Shown here: positions 49,577-60,256 of the stretch, in pieces
How the letters are laid out: each line of letters opens with the position of its first letter
Position numbering within the stretch: the stretch's first letter is position 1
DNA from: an uncultured delta proteobacterium
GTDB lineage: Bacteria; Desulfobacterota; RBG-13-43-22
DNA: 64,000 bases
Assembly (NCBI GenBank): GCA_963790475.1
Contig: CAWBOS010000010.1
Location: forward strand, 1,184,001-1,248,000
Reading direction: 5' to 3'
The notes under the pieces: generated by a model
Databases searched by the model: none
Seen by the model: only the letters and a program-made list of their open reading frames with translations
Told to the model about the DNA's origin: nothing
Made by a program: the position numbers and the translations under genes

Positions 49577-50428
49577 ATGCGAGTAAGTAAAGAACTGATG
49601 GAGCCAGTGATCAGGAAGGATGATCTCCTGATTCTACCCGATTCGGATTTTAGTCCCGCTCATGTTTGCATCGTCACCGGGGCTGCCGGCGGTATCGGCC
49701 GGGCTACGGCCATTACGGCGGCCGCCAACGGCCTGATGACCGTTGGATTGGACATCGATCAAAAAGAGGGCAACAAAACCCAGCAAAAAGCCAGAGAAAT
49801 GGGCGGACAGATGATCTTTCTTCAAACCGATTTGACTCAAGATGAAGAACTCAAACAGGCGGTTGCCGAAGCCGCCAAACTGGGCGCCATTAAATACTTG
49901 GCCAATATCGCCGGGATTCAGCACATCGATTCCATCGAAAACTTTCCTATGGAAAGATACGACTATATGCAGCGGTTGATGTTGCGGGCCCCTTTTCTGC
50001 TTTCCCAGCTGGTGATCCCCCATATCAAAAAGAGCAAAAACGGAACCGGGGCTATTGGCAACATGGCTTCCATTCATGCCCACATCTGCACCCTGAACAA
50101 ACCGGTCTACAATATCGCCAAGTTCGGCCTGCGGGCCTTGACCCAATCTATTGCCGCAGAAGGGATGGGAAAAGTACGGTCATTTTCGGTTAGTACCGGA
50201 TTTGTAAAAACTGCGCTGGCCTTAAAACAGGTTCCAGTACAGGCCAAGCAGCGGGGGATCAGTCCCAAAGAGGTGATCCAAGAGGTAATGCTGGGCAATT
50301 CCCGGGTCAAAGAAATGATGGCCCCGGCCGAGGTGGCCAATCTCTTCATTTTCGGCTTTTCACGTTTTGCCAAATATCTGGTCGGCGGAGATCTGTTGTT
50401 CGACGGGGGGATGGTGCTCACCTATTAG
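49577..50428 (+). CDS. SDR, 3-hydroxybutyrate dehydrogenase-like
   Basis: TGAAGGIG, NIAGIQH..IENFP, ASIH, YNIAK. Confidence 0.85.
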   Translation: MRVSKELMEPVIRKDDLLILPDSDFSPAHVCIVTGAAGGIGRATAITAAANGLMTVGLDIDQKEGNKTQQKAREMGGQMIFLQTDLTQDEELKQAVAEAAKLGAIKYLANIAGIQHIDSIENFPMERYDYMQRLMLRAPFLLSQLVIPHIKKSKNGTGAIGNMASIHAHICTLNKPVYNIAKFGLRALTQSIAAEGMGKVRSFSVSTGFVKTALALKQVPVQAKQRGISPKEVIQEVMLGNSRVKEMMAPAEVANLFIFGFSRFAKYLVGGDLLFDGGMVLTY

Positions 50429-50559
50429 TGAAATAAGGAGCGGATTCATTTTTATCTTACGAATTTTATGAGAAAAAGGGGAGGTGATCGATCCATAAAT
50501 AAAGGAGGTGGATGATATCAGTTTGGAAAAATCTGATTCCATTTAACAAAGGGAGGTTG

Positions 50560-51813
50560 ATGATGAAGCAAATCGCACTAAAAATCCTGGTCTTCTTGCA
50601 ATCCATTTTTATATTGGGGGGATTAGTTCTTTCTGGCCAAGTTATGGCCGCCGAGACGTATAATCTCGGGGTCGCTTTAGGCCTAACCGGCACCGGTGCT
50701 CTTTACAGCAAAGATGGTGTTGATGCCATTAAACTGGCCGTCGATGAAATTAATGCCCGCGGAGGCTTCTTGGGGAAACACCCGATCAAGTTAATCATCA
50801 GAGACGATCAGACCAAACCCGATGTGGGCGTCCGAGAGACCAAGGATCTGATCCTGCGAGACAAGGTCCGATGCGTCTTGGGGAGCTATTCTAGCGCTGT
50901 CGCCGAGGCCATCAAACCGGTCTGCCAGGAATATAAAGTTCTCCATATCGCCGCCATCAGCAACTCAGAAAACATCACTATGGTTAATTTCAGCCCTTAT
51001 ACATATCAGGTTGTTCCCAACACCTATATGCAGGCCAAGGCCGTGGTCTTAGGTGTGGCCCAGTTGGCCAAAAAGAAAGGTTGGAAAGATTACGTTACCA
51101 TCGCCTCGGACTATGAGTGGGGCAGATCCACCCAAGAAAATACAGTAAAACTCCTGAAAGAAGCGGCCCCTGATTTGAAGTTAAAAAAGGAATTTTGGCC
51201 GCCATTGGGAGAAACGCAGTTTACCTCCTATATTACGGCCATCATGGCCCAGAAACCTGATTTTGTAATCGGCTCTGTGGCCTCCAAGGATAACGTGGCC
51301 TGGATGCAACAGGCCAAGGCCTATGGGTTTTTTGATAAAATTCCCTACCCAGGATCATTGATCAGCGTCTCTGAGTTGATTATCGAGGCCAAAACACTGA
51401 CCCGGGGTCTGGTGGGACTGAGCCGGGCACCCTTCTTTGCCCATATGGATGTTCCCATGATGGCCAGTTTTGTAAAAAACTTTAAAGCCAAATATGACCG
51501 GTATCCGAGTGATTGGGCGGTCATGGAATATGATGCCGTTTATGCCTTGAAGCAGGGTATTGAGAAGGCGAAAAGCATCGACACAGAGAAAGTAAAGGAT
51601 GCCCTGAAAGGAGCGACCATTAGTACCACCCGAGGCAAGCTCTATTTCCGACAGATAGACAATCAACTGAGCTGCTCATCTTATCTCGGTGTGGTAGCGG
51701 ATGATCCCAAATATCCTTTCCCTATCTACCATGACCTGGTTGAGGTAAAGGGCCCGGATTCCTGGCGTCCTGAAGCTGAAATTATCGCTGCCCGAAAAGG
51801 CGAGAAAAAATAA
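50560..51813 (+). CDS. Liv-type ABC substrate-binding protein
   Basis: Signal peptide; AVDEINARGG.LG; RDDQTKP. Confidence 0.92.
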   Translation: MMKQIALKILVFLQSIFILGGLVLSGQVMAAETYNLGVALGLTGTGALYSKDGVDAIKLAVDEINARGGFLGKHPIKLIIRDDQTKPDVGVRETKDLILRDKVRCVLGSYSSAVAEAIKPVCQEYKVLHIAAISNSENITMVNFSPYTYQVVPNTYMQAKAVVLGVAQLAKKKGWKDYVTIASDYEWGRSTQENTVKLLKEAAPDLKLKKEFWPPLGETQFTSYITAIMAQKPDFVIGSVASKDNVAWMQQAKAYGFFDKIPYPGSLISVSELIIEAKTLTRGLVGLSRAPFFAHMDVPMMASFVKNFKAKYDRYPSDWAVMEYDAVYALKQGIEKAKSIDTEKVKDALKGATISTTRGKLYFRQIDNQLSCSSYLGVVADDPKYPFPIYHDLVEVKGPDSWRPEAEIIAARKGEKK

Positions 51814-51825
51814 GCAGGAACAAAG

Positions 51826-52710
51826 ATGGATATTTCTTTGTTAATGTCGCAATTTCTGAGTGGCTTGGCCCGGGGTACCATGCTCTTTCTTATCGCCTCG
51901 GGCCTGTCCCTCATCTTCGGGGTAATGAATATTCTTAATTTTGCCCATGCCTCCCTATGGTTGGTTGGGGCCTATTTCTGCCATACTTTCTGGCTTATCT
52001 TTCAAAATTATGGTTTTGGGCTTTGGGTGAGTATCCCTATGGCGGCTTTGACCCTGGCTGTTATTGGATGGTTTATAGAGGTAGTGTTGATCCGCCGGGT
52101 TTACAACCGGGAACTTCCTGAGCAACTCTTGCTGACCTATGCCATGGTTTTGATCATCGGAGATCTGATAAAGCTCGTTTGGGGTGTGGAAGACAGGATC
52201 ATTGTTCGACCTACCATAGTGGAGGGACCGGTTTTTTTCTTTGGTATTCCCTTCGATTCTTATTTCATTTTCGTTATCCTAATCGGTGCCGCCATTGCCC
52301 TAGGCCTCTGGTGGTTTATGAAAAAAACTCGATACGGCCATATTGTGAGGGCCGCGGTTTTCAGCCGGGAAATGGTCGGCGCCCTGGGGATCCCTATTCC
52401 CAGGATCTATACCGGTGTATTTACCTTAGGAATCTTTATAGCTGGTTTAGCTGGGGCCGTTCAGGCCCCGGTGGGTTCGATCACACTCGGCATGGATATG
52501 GCGGTTATTGTTCAGGCATTTTGTGTGGTGGTCATCGGCGGGTTTGGAAGTCTCCCGGGTACCCTGGTGGGATCCATGATTGTAGGTGAAATCTACTCCT
52601 TTTCCATTCTCTTTTGGCCGGCAGGGGCCCTCGTTCTTATCTTTGTCGTAACCGCTTTTATCTTGATCATCCGCCCCTGGGGTTTATTCGGAACCCCCAT
52701 GAGAATCTAA
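51826..52710 (+). CDS. livH: Liv-type ABC permease
   Basis: GLSLIFGVMNILNFAH; VVIGGFGS; RPWGLFG. Confidence 0.92.
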   Translation: MDISLLMSQFLSGLARGTMLFLIASGLSLIFGVMNILNFAHASLWLVGAYFCHTFWLIFQNYGFGLWVSIPMAALTLAVIGWFIEVVLIRRVYNRELPEQLLLTYAMVLIIGDLIKLVWGVEDRIIVRPTIVEGPVFFFGIPFDSYFIFVILIGAAIALGLWWFMKKTRYGHIVRAAVFSREMVGALGIPIPRIYTGVFTLGIFIAGLAGAVQAPVGSITLGMDMAVIVQAFCVVVIGGFGSLPGTLVGSMIVGEIYSFSILFWPAGALVLIFVVTAFILIIRPWGLFGTPMRI

Positions 52711-52735
52711 AGAGTTAAGCAGAAGGGATGCTCCT

Positions 52736-53683
52736 ATGAAGAGATACTGGTGGCTGGGATTGCTTTTTATCGCGGTCTTATTCCTTCCCTTGATGGTCGG
52801 GGAATTCTGGATTCATGTGGCTATTGAAATCCTGGTTTTAGGCCTTTTCGCGTCCAGCTTTAATATGATCTTTGGCTATATGGGTCAGCTTAGTTTTGGC
52901 CATGCGGCCTATTTCGGCGTGGGGGCGTATGCCACGGGTCTGCTTATGGTAAAGGCTTCACTTCCCCTTCCCATCTGTCTGGTCGCTTCCATCATAACAG
53001 CAGGGATATGGGCCTTGATCTTTGGATACTTTTGTGTCCGTCTTACCGGGATCTATTTCGCCATCCTGACCCTGGCCTTCGGCCAACTGATGTACTATAT
53101 CATATTCCAATGGTATTCCTTTACCGGGGGGGACAACGGCCTGCAGGGGATCAATCCCCCGGCTATACTTGTTAGAGCCAATTCCTACTACTATTTTACC
53201 CTCCTTATTGTCACCGCGGCCCTGGTGGTCATGTGGTTTATCAGTAAATCCCCCTTCGGGTATACTATGCGGGCCATCCGGGATAACACTGACCGGACGC
53301 GGTTTATTGGTATCCATGTCCGGAAATACATGCTCATCAACTTTGTGGTGGCCGGGATGTTTGCCGGCTTGGCTGGCGGCCTTTGGGGGCCCTTCAACCG
53401 GAGTGTTGCTCCTGATCTTTGCAACTGGCACCAGTCAGGAATTCCGGTGTTCATGACAGTTATCGGAGGTCCTTTGGGCTTTTTGGGGCCTATGCTCGGG
53501 TCTGTGATTTACACCTTCCTCATGGCCTTTGTCACCGGGTTTACCGAATATTGGCCCCTGGTTATTGGTTTGGTCATTACTTTCGTCGTCCTCTTTGTTC
53601 CCGGCGGAATTCTTGGGTTGGTAGAAGAAAAAACAAAGGGTAGACGGGCCAAGGGACTTGAGGCCGAAAGGAACAAATCTTAG
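52736..53683 (+). CDS. livM: Liv-type ABC permease
   Basis: [10 protein letters not shown]; AIRDN. Confidence 0.92.
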   Translation: MKRYWWLGLLFIAVLFLPLMVGEFWIHVAIEILVLGLFASSFNMIFGYMGQLSFGHAAYFGVGAYATGLLMVKASLPLPICLVASIITAGIWALIFGYFCVRLTGIYFAILTLAFGQLMYYIIFQWYSFTGGDNGLQGINPPAILVRANSYYYFTLLIVTAALVVMWFISKSPFGYTMRAIRDNTDRTRFIGIHVRKYMLINFVVAGMFAGLAGGLWGPFNRSVAPDLCNWHQSGIPVFMTVIGGPLGFLGPMLGSVIYTFLMAFVTGFTEYWPLVIGLVITFVVLFVPGGILGLVEEKTKGRRAKGLEAERNKS

Positions 53684-53703
53684 AATTATAGAAAGTAGAG
53701 CAT

Positions 53704-54456
53704 ATGGCCGAAGAAGTGATCCTCAGAGTAAAGGGATTGTTCAAGTCCTTTGGCGGGCTTTTGGCCACAAATGATGTTAACCTTGAGATTAAAGCCGGAG
53801 AAATGTCCGCCATTATAGGCCCCAACGGCGCAGGAAAGAGCACTTTATTTAACCTCTTAACCGGATATCATGCCGTCGACAAAGGGCAGGTTTTCTATAA
53901 AGAAAAGAATATTACCAATTGGCCGCCTTATAAGATTGCCCGTCTTGGGATAGCCCGTGCCTTTCAGGTCAGTAATATTTATCCCAAACTGACCACCTGT
54001 GAGAATGTTCGACAAGCAATTTTAACTCAGCAAAAAAAGACACTTAATTTCTTTACCCCCGCCAGGCGGCTGGCCCAAAAAGAGACCCAGGACTTGATTC
54101 AAATCACCGGACTAACCGAAAACGCCGAGATGGTCGCCGGCAACCTTTCTCAGGGAGATAAGAAACGACTGGAATTGGCTATTGCCCTGGGGAGTAAGCC
54201 CGATCTACTTTTTCTGGACGAACCCACCGCCGGCATGTCCGGGGAAGAGACCCACGAAACCATGGAGTTGGTGGCTCGGCTCAACCGGGAAATGGGGTTG
54301 ACTATTCTTTTCACGGAGCATGATATGCCTGTGGTATTTGGGTATGCCCGAAGACTTACTGTTTTACACGCCGGGGCTATTATTGCTGAAGGCACACCGG
54401 AAGAAGTACGGGCCAACGAAGCAGCCCAAAAAATTTATCTCGGGGAGAAAGTATGA
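53704..54456 (+). CDS. livG: Liv-type ABC ATPase
   Basis: GPNGAGKS; FLDEPTAG; TEHD. Confidence 0.93.
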   Translation: MAEEVILRVKGLFKSFGGLLATNDVNLEIKAGEMSAIIGPNGAGKSTLFNLLTGYHAVDKGQVFYKEKNITNWPPYKIARLGIARAFQVSNIYPKLTTCENVRQAILTQQKKTLNFFTPARRLAQKETQDLIQITGLTENAEMVAGNLSQGDKKRLELAIALGSKPDLLFLDEPTAGMSGEETHETMELVARLNREMGLTILFTEHDMPVVFGYARRLTVLHAGAIIAEGTPEEVRANEAAQKIYLGEKV

Positions 54457-55160
54457 TTTTGGAGGTCAAAGAGGTCCATACCTTTTATGGGACGAGTCAT
54501 ATCCTTTTTGGGGTTTCTCTTTCCGTGGATCGTGGACAAATTGTCTGCCTTTTGGGGAGAAACGGGGCCGGTAAAACCACCACTATGCGCAGTATCATGG
54601 GTCTAACTGCGGCTCATTCCGGAACTATCCAATTCAAGGGTGAAGAGATAAAGGGGAAGCCTCCCCATTATATAGCTCAGAAAGGGATGGGCTATGTCCC
54701 TGACAATCGGTTGATTTTTCCGGACCTTACCGTCCGCGAAAATTTAGAGATAGCTATCAAGGTTCCCAAAGGGTTTCTGGGAGAATCTTGGACAGTGGAC
54801 CGAGTTTATGAACTTTTTCCTCTTCTTAAAAAATTGGACAAACACTTGGGGGGTCATTTGAGTGGTGGTGAACAGCAAATGCTGACGGTGGGTCGGACCT
54901 TAATGGGAAATCCGGAACTCATTCTTTTGGATGAGCCGGTGGAGGGGTTGGCCCCTTTGGTTGTCAGGGACTTAGGAGAACAAATCCTCAAACTGAAGGA
55001 GATGGGAGAAACCATCCTTTTTTCAGAACAAAATATTAAATTCGCTACCAGGATCGCCGAGAAGGCTTATGTGATTGAAAAAGGTAAAATACGATACGAA
55101 GGAAGTATTGAGGACTTGAAAGCTAACGATGAAGTTCGAAAAAAATATCTAATGATTTGA
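54453..55160 (+). CDS. livF: Liv-type ABC ATPase
   Basis: GRNGAGKT; LSGGEQQM; LDEP. Confidence 0.93.
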   Translation: MILEVKEVHTFYGTSHILFGVSLSVDRGQIVCLLGRNGAGKTTTMRSIMGLTAAHSGTIQFKGEEIKGKPPHYIAQKGMGYVPDNRLIFPDLTVRENLEIAIKVPKGFLGESWTVDRVYELFPLLKKLDKHLGGHLSGGEQQMLTVGRTLMGNPELILLDEPVEGLAPLVVRDLGEQILKLKEMGETILFSEQNIKFATRIAEKAYVIEKGKIRYEGSIEDLKANDEVRKKYLMI

Positions 55161-55365
55161 AGTTTAAGATTTCTAATTGCCTCTTCCTTCAAAACGGAAA
55201 TACTGTTTATTGTTAAGTCAGTGCTTGGCGTTCGGGTAACCTATTTTAATATTTCGTGGTTCTTCTCTTGAACAGGCATGTTAGTTTATCTCAGAAATAT
55301 GGGCCTGGTTGTTTAAGAATAACCGTTTTGAACAACCTCAGATTCAAGAACCACTGACAGGTAAG

Positions 55366-55443
55366 GTAGGTCGGGTTGCGACCAAAGGGAGCTTCCTGAC
55401 AAAATAAGTAGGTCAAGGAACCCAATATAGTGCCCTAACCTAC
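55366..55443. repeat. Degenerate REPIN-like element (GTAG…CTAC)
   Basis: gtaggtcgggttgc…gccctaacctac. Confidence 0.4.
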
Positions 55444-55505
55444 GAGCTCGACGGTTTCATTTTCTATGGCCCTCCTGAAGCATGAGGGTATAAAAAGGAC
55501 ATTTA

Positions 55506-57143
55506 ATGCTAAAAAAGGGAAAGACCTACCTGGAGGTATATGATTCCTTCCGTTGGAAAATCCCTAAATATTACAATATCGGGGTGGATATCTGTGACAA
55601 ATGGGCTGACCAAAGATATCGTCTGGCTCTTATTTATGAAGATGAAAAAGGACATGTCGAAAAATACACCTTCTGGGACCTGAAACAGTTTTCCAATCGA
55701 TTGGCCAATGCCTTCCGGGCCTATGGCCTCCAACAGGGAGACCGGGTCGGGATCCTGCTGCCTCAATGCCCGGAAACGGCCCTTTCCCACATCGCCCTTT
55801 ACAAAATCGGAGCAATCGCTGTTCCGTTATTTACCCTCTTCGGTCCGGAGGCTCTGGAATACCGCCTGATCAACAGCAGGGCCAAAGCCATCATCACCGA
55901 CGGTCTGAATCTGGAAAAAGTCCTGGAGATCAAAGACCGGCTTCCGAATTTGGATCATATCATTTGCACCCATCCTTACCACCTCCCGGGGATCATTGAT
56001 TTTCACGATGCTATTGAAAAAGGTTCTCCTTCCTTTTCTCCGGTACGGACCAGGGCCGACGATCCGGCTTTAATTATTTTTACCTCCGGCACAACCGGTC
56101 CGCCCAAGGGGGCCTCGCATGCCCACCGGGTCTTGCTGGGCCACGTCCCGGGGGTGGAGTTCTTTCACGATTTTTTTCCTAAAAAAGACGACCTCTACTG
56201 GACCCCGGCCGATTGGGCCTGGATCGGCGGGTTGATCGACGTCCTGCTTCCCAGTTGGCATCACGGCGTTCCCGTTGTGGCCTTTCGGGCCAGGAAATTC
56301 GATCCGGAACAGGCCTTTTATTTCATCGCCAAATACGGCATACGCAACGCCTTCATGCCGCCTACGGCTTTGAAACTGATGCGTCAAGTCAAAGATCCCC
56401 GAAGCCGTTACGATTATCAAATGCGTACTATCGGTTCTGGCGGGGAGACCCTGGGGGAAGAACTCCTGCAATGGGGCCGGGAGGTCATGGGTTTAACCAT
56501 CAATGAGTTTTACGGACAAACTGAAGCCAATCTGGTCCTGGGGAACTGTTCGGAGATTATGGAGAACAAACGAGGTTCCATGGGTCGGCCCATTCCCGGC
56601 CACCGGGTGGAGGTGGTGGATGAATCAGGGCTGCCGGTTCCGCCAGGGGTGGTGGGAGAGGTGGCGGTCATGAGGCCGGACCCGGTTATGTTTCTGGGTT
56701 ACTGGGACAATCCCAGGGCTACCGAAGAAAAATTTTCCGGGGACTGGTGTCTGACCGGTGATCTGGCCCGCAAAGGTGAGGACGGCTATTTCTGGTTTAT
56801 CGGCAGGAAGGACGATTTGATCACCAGTGCCGGCTACAGGATCGGTCCGGCGGAGATCGAAGACTGCCTGATCAAGCATCCGGCCGTTTCCATGGCCGGG
56901 GTAATCGGCAGCCCGGATGAAGTCCGTGGGGAAATCGTTAAGGCCTTCATCGTGTTGAACCCTCAGTTCGCCCCGGATGAAGCCCTGAAAAAGGATATAC
57001 AGTCTTTTGTTAAAAACCGTCTGGCGGCCCATGAATATCCCCGGGAGGTTGAGTTTATTGCCGAGCTTCCCCTGACGGCCACCGGAAAAATCATGCGTAA
57101 AGACTTACGGAAAATGGATTTGGGAGCAAAACAAAAACTATGA
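55506..57143 (+). CDS. AMP-forming short/medium-chain acyl-CoA synthetase
   Basis: FTSGTTGPPKG, WTPADWAWIGG, FYGQTE, GRKDD, TATGKIMR. Confidence 0.94.
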   Translation: MLKKGKTYLEVYDSFRWKIPKYYNIGVDICDKWADQRYRLALIYEDEKGHVEKYTFWDLKQFSNRLANAFRAYGLQQGDRVGILLPQCPETALSHIALYKIGAIAVPLFTLFGPEALEYRLINSRAKAIITDGLNLEKVLEIKDRLPNLDHIICTHPYHLPGIIDFHDAIEKGSPSFSPVRTRADDPALIIFTSGTTGPPKGASHAHRVLLGHVPGVEFFHDFFPKKDDLYWTPADWAWIGGLIDVLLPSWHHGVPVVAFRARKFDPEQAFYFIAKYGIRNAFMPPTALKLMRQVKDPRSRYDYQMRTIGSGGETLGEELLQWGREVMGLTINEFYGQTEANLVLGNCSEIMENKRGSMGRPIPGHRVEVVDESGLPVPPGVVGEVAVMRPDPVMFLGYWDNPRATEEKFSGDWCLTGDLARKGEDGYFWFIGRKDDLITSAGYRIGPAEIEDCLIKHPAVSMAGVIGSPDEVRGEIVKAFIVLNPQFAPDEALKKDIQSFVKNRLAAHEYPREVEFIAELPLTATGKIMRKDLRKMDLGAKQKL

Positions 57144-57296
57144 TGATGTAACTACGAATCCTGAAGGATTCAGAAAGAGTCGTCATCCCGGTGAAAACCG
57201 GGTTCCAGGAGACTCTGAATAATTGAAAGTTCTGGATTCCGGCTTTCGCCGGAATGACTCAAAGGATTATTTCCCAACTTATTATTAAGCCGTCAA
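57141..57296. repeat. MITE-like palindromic element (third copy of core)
   Basis: Core 57182-57258 gtcatcccggtgaaaaccgggttccag…ctggattccggctttcgccggaatgac. Confidence 0.75.
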
Positions 57297-57324
57297 TATT
57301 CAAAAATGCTTTAGAGAAGAATCC

Positions 57325-58872
57325 ATGAACTTGGGAACATTGCTGCCGCGTCAGGCCCGATTTCGTTCGAATCACACCGCCGTGGTTTTTAAGGAGACCC
57401 GCCTGACTTATGAAGAGCTCAACCGAAGTGTCAACCGCCTGGCCAATGTCCTCTGGGATCTCGGGATTCGTAAAGGGGATAAGGTGGCCACTATCATGCC
57501 CAACAGTTTGGAACTGTACGAGACCTATTGGGCCGTGGCCCGAATTGGGGCAGTGGTGGTTCCCTTGAGCCCCTTGCTTCGAGGAACGGGTTTGATCAGC
57601 TTACTGAATGACTCCGACACTCTGGCCCTGATCACCAATAAACAATTTGTAGAAGTTCTTGATCCTATTAAGGATCAATTGCCAGCTATCCAGTCCAACC
57701 GATATCTGTTAACCGACGGAGAAGACCTGCCGGGTTATCAGAGCTATCATCTTCTGAAGGCCCAGGCCAAAGAAGAGGATCCTCCGAAGGTCGAAATTAC
57801 CGACCAGGACCCTTACAATATCATTTACAGCAGCGGGACTACCGGTCTGCCCAAAGGGATCATCCATACCCATTATGTTCGGTCCATGTATGGGATGATC
57901 TTTTCTTCCACTTATCGAATTTCTCCCGAAAGTGTTATTCTCCATAGCGGTTCCATTGTCTTTAATGGGGCCTTTTTAACACTTATGCCGGCCATGTTCC
58001 TGGGGGCCACCTATATCCTGCAGCCCCAATTCGAGACCGAGGCCATGATTGAAACCATTCATAAAGAAAAGGTAACCCATGTGGATGTCGTCCCGGCCCA
58101 GGTTATTGCCTTACTTAACTCCCCTAATTTTTCCCTGAAGACCCTCCAATCCCTGGAAATGTTCATGTCCCTTGGCGCACCTCTGTTGAAGGAACACAAA
58201 GAAGAGTTGAATCGGCGGTTACCAGGGCGGTTTTACGAGCTCTATGGATTGACCGAAGGTTTTGTAACCATCCTGGATAAAAATGATTTCCCGGCCAAAT
58301 TATCATCCGTCGGCTGCTGCCCTCCTTTTTTCGAAATGAAGATAATGAATGATCAGCGTCAGGAGGTGCCAGTCGGAGAGGTGGGGGAGATTGTCGGACG
58401 AGGACCGATCCTGATGCCCGGCTATTATAAACGTCCTGATTTGAGCGAGAAGACCATCATCGGCGGCTGGCTTTACAGCGGCGACCTGGGATATGTTGAC
58501 GAAGAGGGTTATCTGTATTTAGTGGACCGCAAGAAAGATATGATCATCTCTGGAGGGATCAATGTCTATCCCAAAGATATCGAAGAAATCATCGTCCAGC
58601 ACCCGGCGGTACGGGAGGTGGCTGTTTTCGGCATCCCCCATGAAAAATGGGGCGAGACCCCGGTGGCCGCCGTTATTCTTCATCAACCGGGAGAGGTTTC
58701 TGAAGAAGATCTAAAGAGCTGGATCAATGAAAAGGTGGGCGCAGCCTACCAACGGGTTCATCAAGTAGTTTTTAAGGACGACTTCCCGCGAAGCACCGCC
58801 GGCAAGACCCTTAAACGGGTTATGAGGGAAGAGTTCACCGGTGATGGTTTAAAGGGAAGAGTTCACCGGTGA
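57325..58872 (+). CDS. AMP-forming (long-chain/aryl) acyl-CoA ligase
   Basis: YSSGTTGLPKG, YGLTE, SGDLG, DRKKDMIISGG, AGKTLKR. Confidence 0.94.
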   Translation: MNLGTLLPRQARFRSNHTAVVFKETRLTYEELNRSVNRLANVLWDLGIRKGDKVATIMPNSLELYETYWAVARIGAVVVPLSPLLRGTGLISLLNDSDTLALITNKQFVEVLDPIKDQLPAIQSNRYLLTDGEDLPGYQSYHLLKAQAKEEDPPKVEITDQDPYNIIYSSGTTGLPKGIIHTHYVRSMYGMIFSSTYRISPESVILHSGSIVFNGAFLTLMPAMFLGATYILQPQFETEAMIETIHKEKVTHVDVVPAQVIALLNSPNFSLKTLQSLEMFMSLGAPLLKEHKEELNRRLPGRFYELYGLTEGFVTILDKNDFPAKLSSVGCCPPFFEMKIMNDQRQEVPVGEVGEIVGRGPILMPGYYKRPDLSEKTIIGGWLYSGDLGYVDEEGYLYLVDRKKDMIISGGINVYPKDIEEIIVQHPAVREVAVFGIPHEKWGETPVAAVILHQPGEVSEEDLKSWINEKVGAAYQRVHQVVFKDDFPRSTAGKTLKRVMREEFTGDGLKGRVHR

Positions 58873-58880
58873 TGGTTTAA
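58825..58880 (+). repeat. Exact 28-bp tandem duplication
   Basis: agggaagagttcaccggtgatggtttaa x2. Confidence 0.9.
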
Positions 58881-59014
58881 TATGAAGATCGGCCTGACGC
58901 TTAATAATTTATCGGCCTTTTTTCTTGACATCTCTAACTGATTTTATTAGAAACCTAATAATATTATTAATATTTTTTGGAGATAAACATTCAAAATATT
59001 AAGGAGGGACTGTA

Positions 59015-60238
59015 ATGAAAACAAAAGGATTCATTGGGTTATTGTTGGCAGCATTTGTAATCGGCCTGTTTTTTGTAGCTGCGCCTGTCAAAGCGGCGGA
59101 GCCGATTAAAATAGGCACGATTTTGCCCTTATCCGATGCCACGGGTAAGGACGGGGTTCGGTCAATGCAAATGGCCGTAAAGGAAATCAACGCCAAAGGC
59201 GGTCTCCTGGGGCGTAAGGTAGAGCTGATCGTTATTGACGACGAAATGAAGCCCGATAAGGGGGCAGCCGCTTTGGATAAATTGGCCACTGTGGATAACG
59301 TTGATATATTGGTCGGCGGTATGTCCTCAGCCGTAACTATGGCCTTGATTCCCGGTATGAAAAAATACGGCAAAATCACCGTCTGGTGCGGCGGTGCCTC
59401 GGGCAGAATTGAAGAGGCCATGGCCGGCCAGGATTGGTTCTTCCATCTGCACACCTGGGATTATCAGCAGGGCGCCATGTATGAAGTGGGCTGGAAAGAA
59501 ATGATGCAGAAATATCCCCAAGTCAAGAGGAATAAGGTCTTCTTGGCCTATGAAGAAGGTGCCTTTGGTGCCAACAGTTTTAAGGCCAGTAAACCCTTGG
59601 CCGAGGCCAATAAGTATGAGTTGCAAGGCGAAGCCTTTAAGAGTGCCGCACTGGGCGGCGGCGATTATCGTTCCGTATTGCGTCATGCCAAAGAATATAA
59701 CCCGGATCAATTTGTTTGGGCAGGTTACGATAAGGACGCCTTACCGATGTTGGAACAGGCCAAGGAAATCGGCTTTGTCCCGCCAATGTATATTGGCGCT
59801 CCTCCGGCCTGGCCCGTTGATTTTGCCAAGTCACCCCTCAATGAAGGGGTGGTTTTTTACAGCATGTGGAATGAAGTCATGAGAAACGTGAGTAAGCCCA
59901 GCAAGGCCTACTCCGACGCTTTCCATAAAGCCTACAACGATTCTCCGACTACTTATTTTGGTCCCCTGGCCTACACCAATATTATGATTGTTGCCGAAGC
60001 GATTAAAAGAGCACGTTCTTTGGATAAGACCGCTTTGATTAAAGCTCTGGAAGCAACCAGTTACGACTCCCCCACCGGAGATAAATTTACTTTCGGCAAG
60101 AGCGCGGTGATCAGCCACCAGGCTGATCCGACTCTGAAGTTTATGCAGTGGCAAAAAGGGAAAGTGGTCGTTCTTTGGCCTTTTAAAGTGGCAACCGGGA
60201 AATTGATGTATCCCTTTCCAGCCTGGAACAAACGCTAA
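59015..60238 (+). CDS. Liv-type ABC substrate-binding protein
   Basis: Signal peptide …VKA-AEPIKIG; EINAKGGLLG; DDEMKP. Confidence 0.92.
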   Translation: MKTKGFIGLLLAAFVIGLFFVAAPVKAAEPIKIGTILPLSDATGKDGVRSMQMAVKEINAKGGLLGRKVELIVIDDEMKPDKGAAALDKLATVDNVDILVGGMSSAVTMALIPGMKKYGKITVWCGGASGRIEEAMAGQDWFFHLHTWDYQQGAMYEVGWKEMMQKYPQVKRNKVFLAYEEGAFGANSFKASKPLAEANKYELQGEAFKSAALGGGDYRSVLRHAKEYNPDQFVWAGYDKDALPMLEQAKEIGFVPPMYIGAPPAWPVDFAKSPLNEGVVFYSMWNEVMRNVSKPSKAYSDAFHKAYNDSPTTYFGPLAYTNIMIVAEAIKRARSLDKTALIKALEATSYDSPTGDKFTFGKSAVISHQADPTLKFMQWQKGKVVVLWPFKVATGKLMYPFPAWNKR

Positions 60239-60256
60239 ATACCTTAGAACAAAAAT

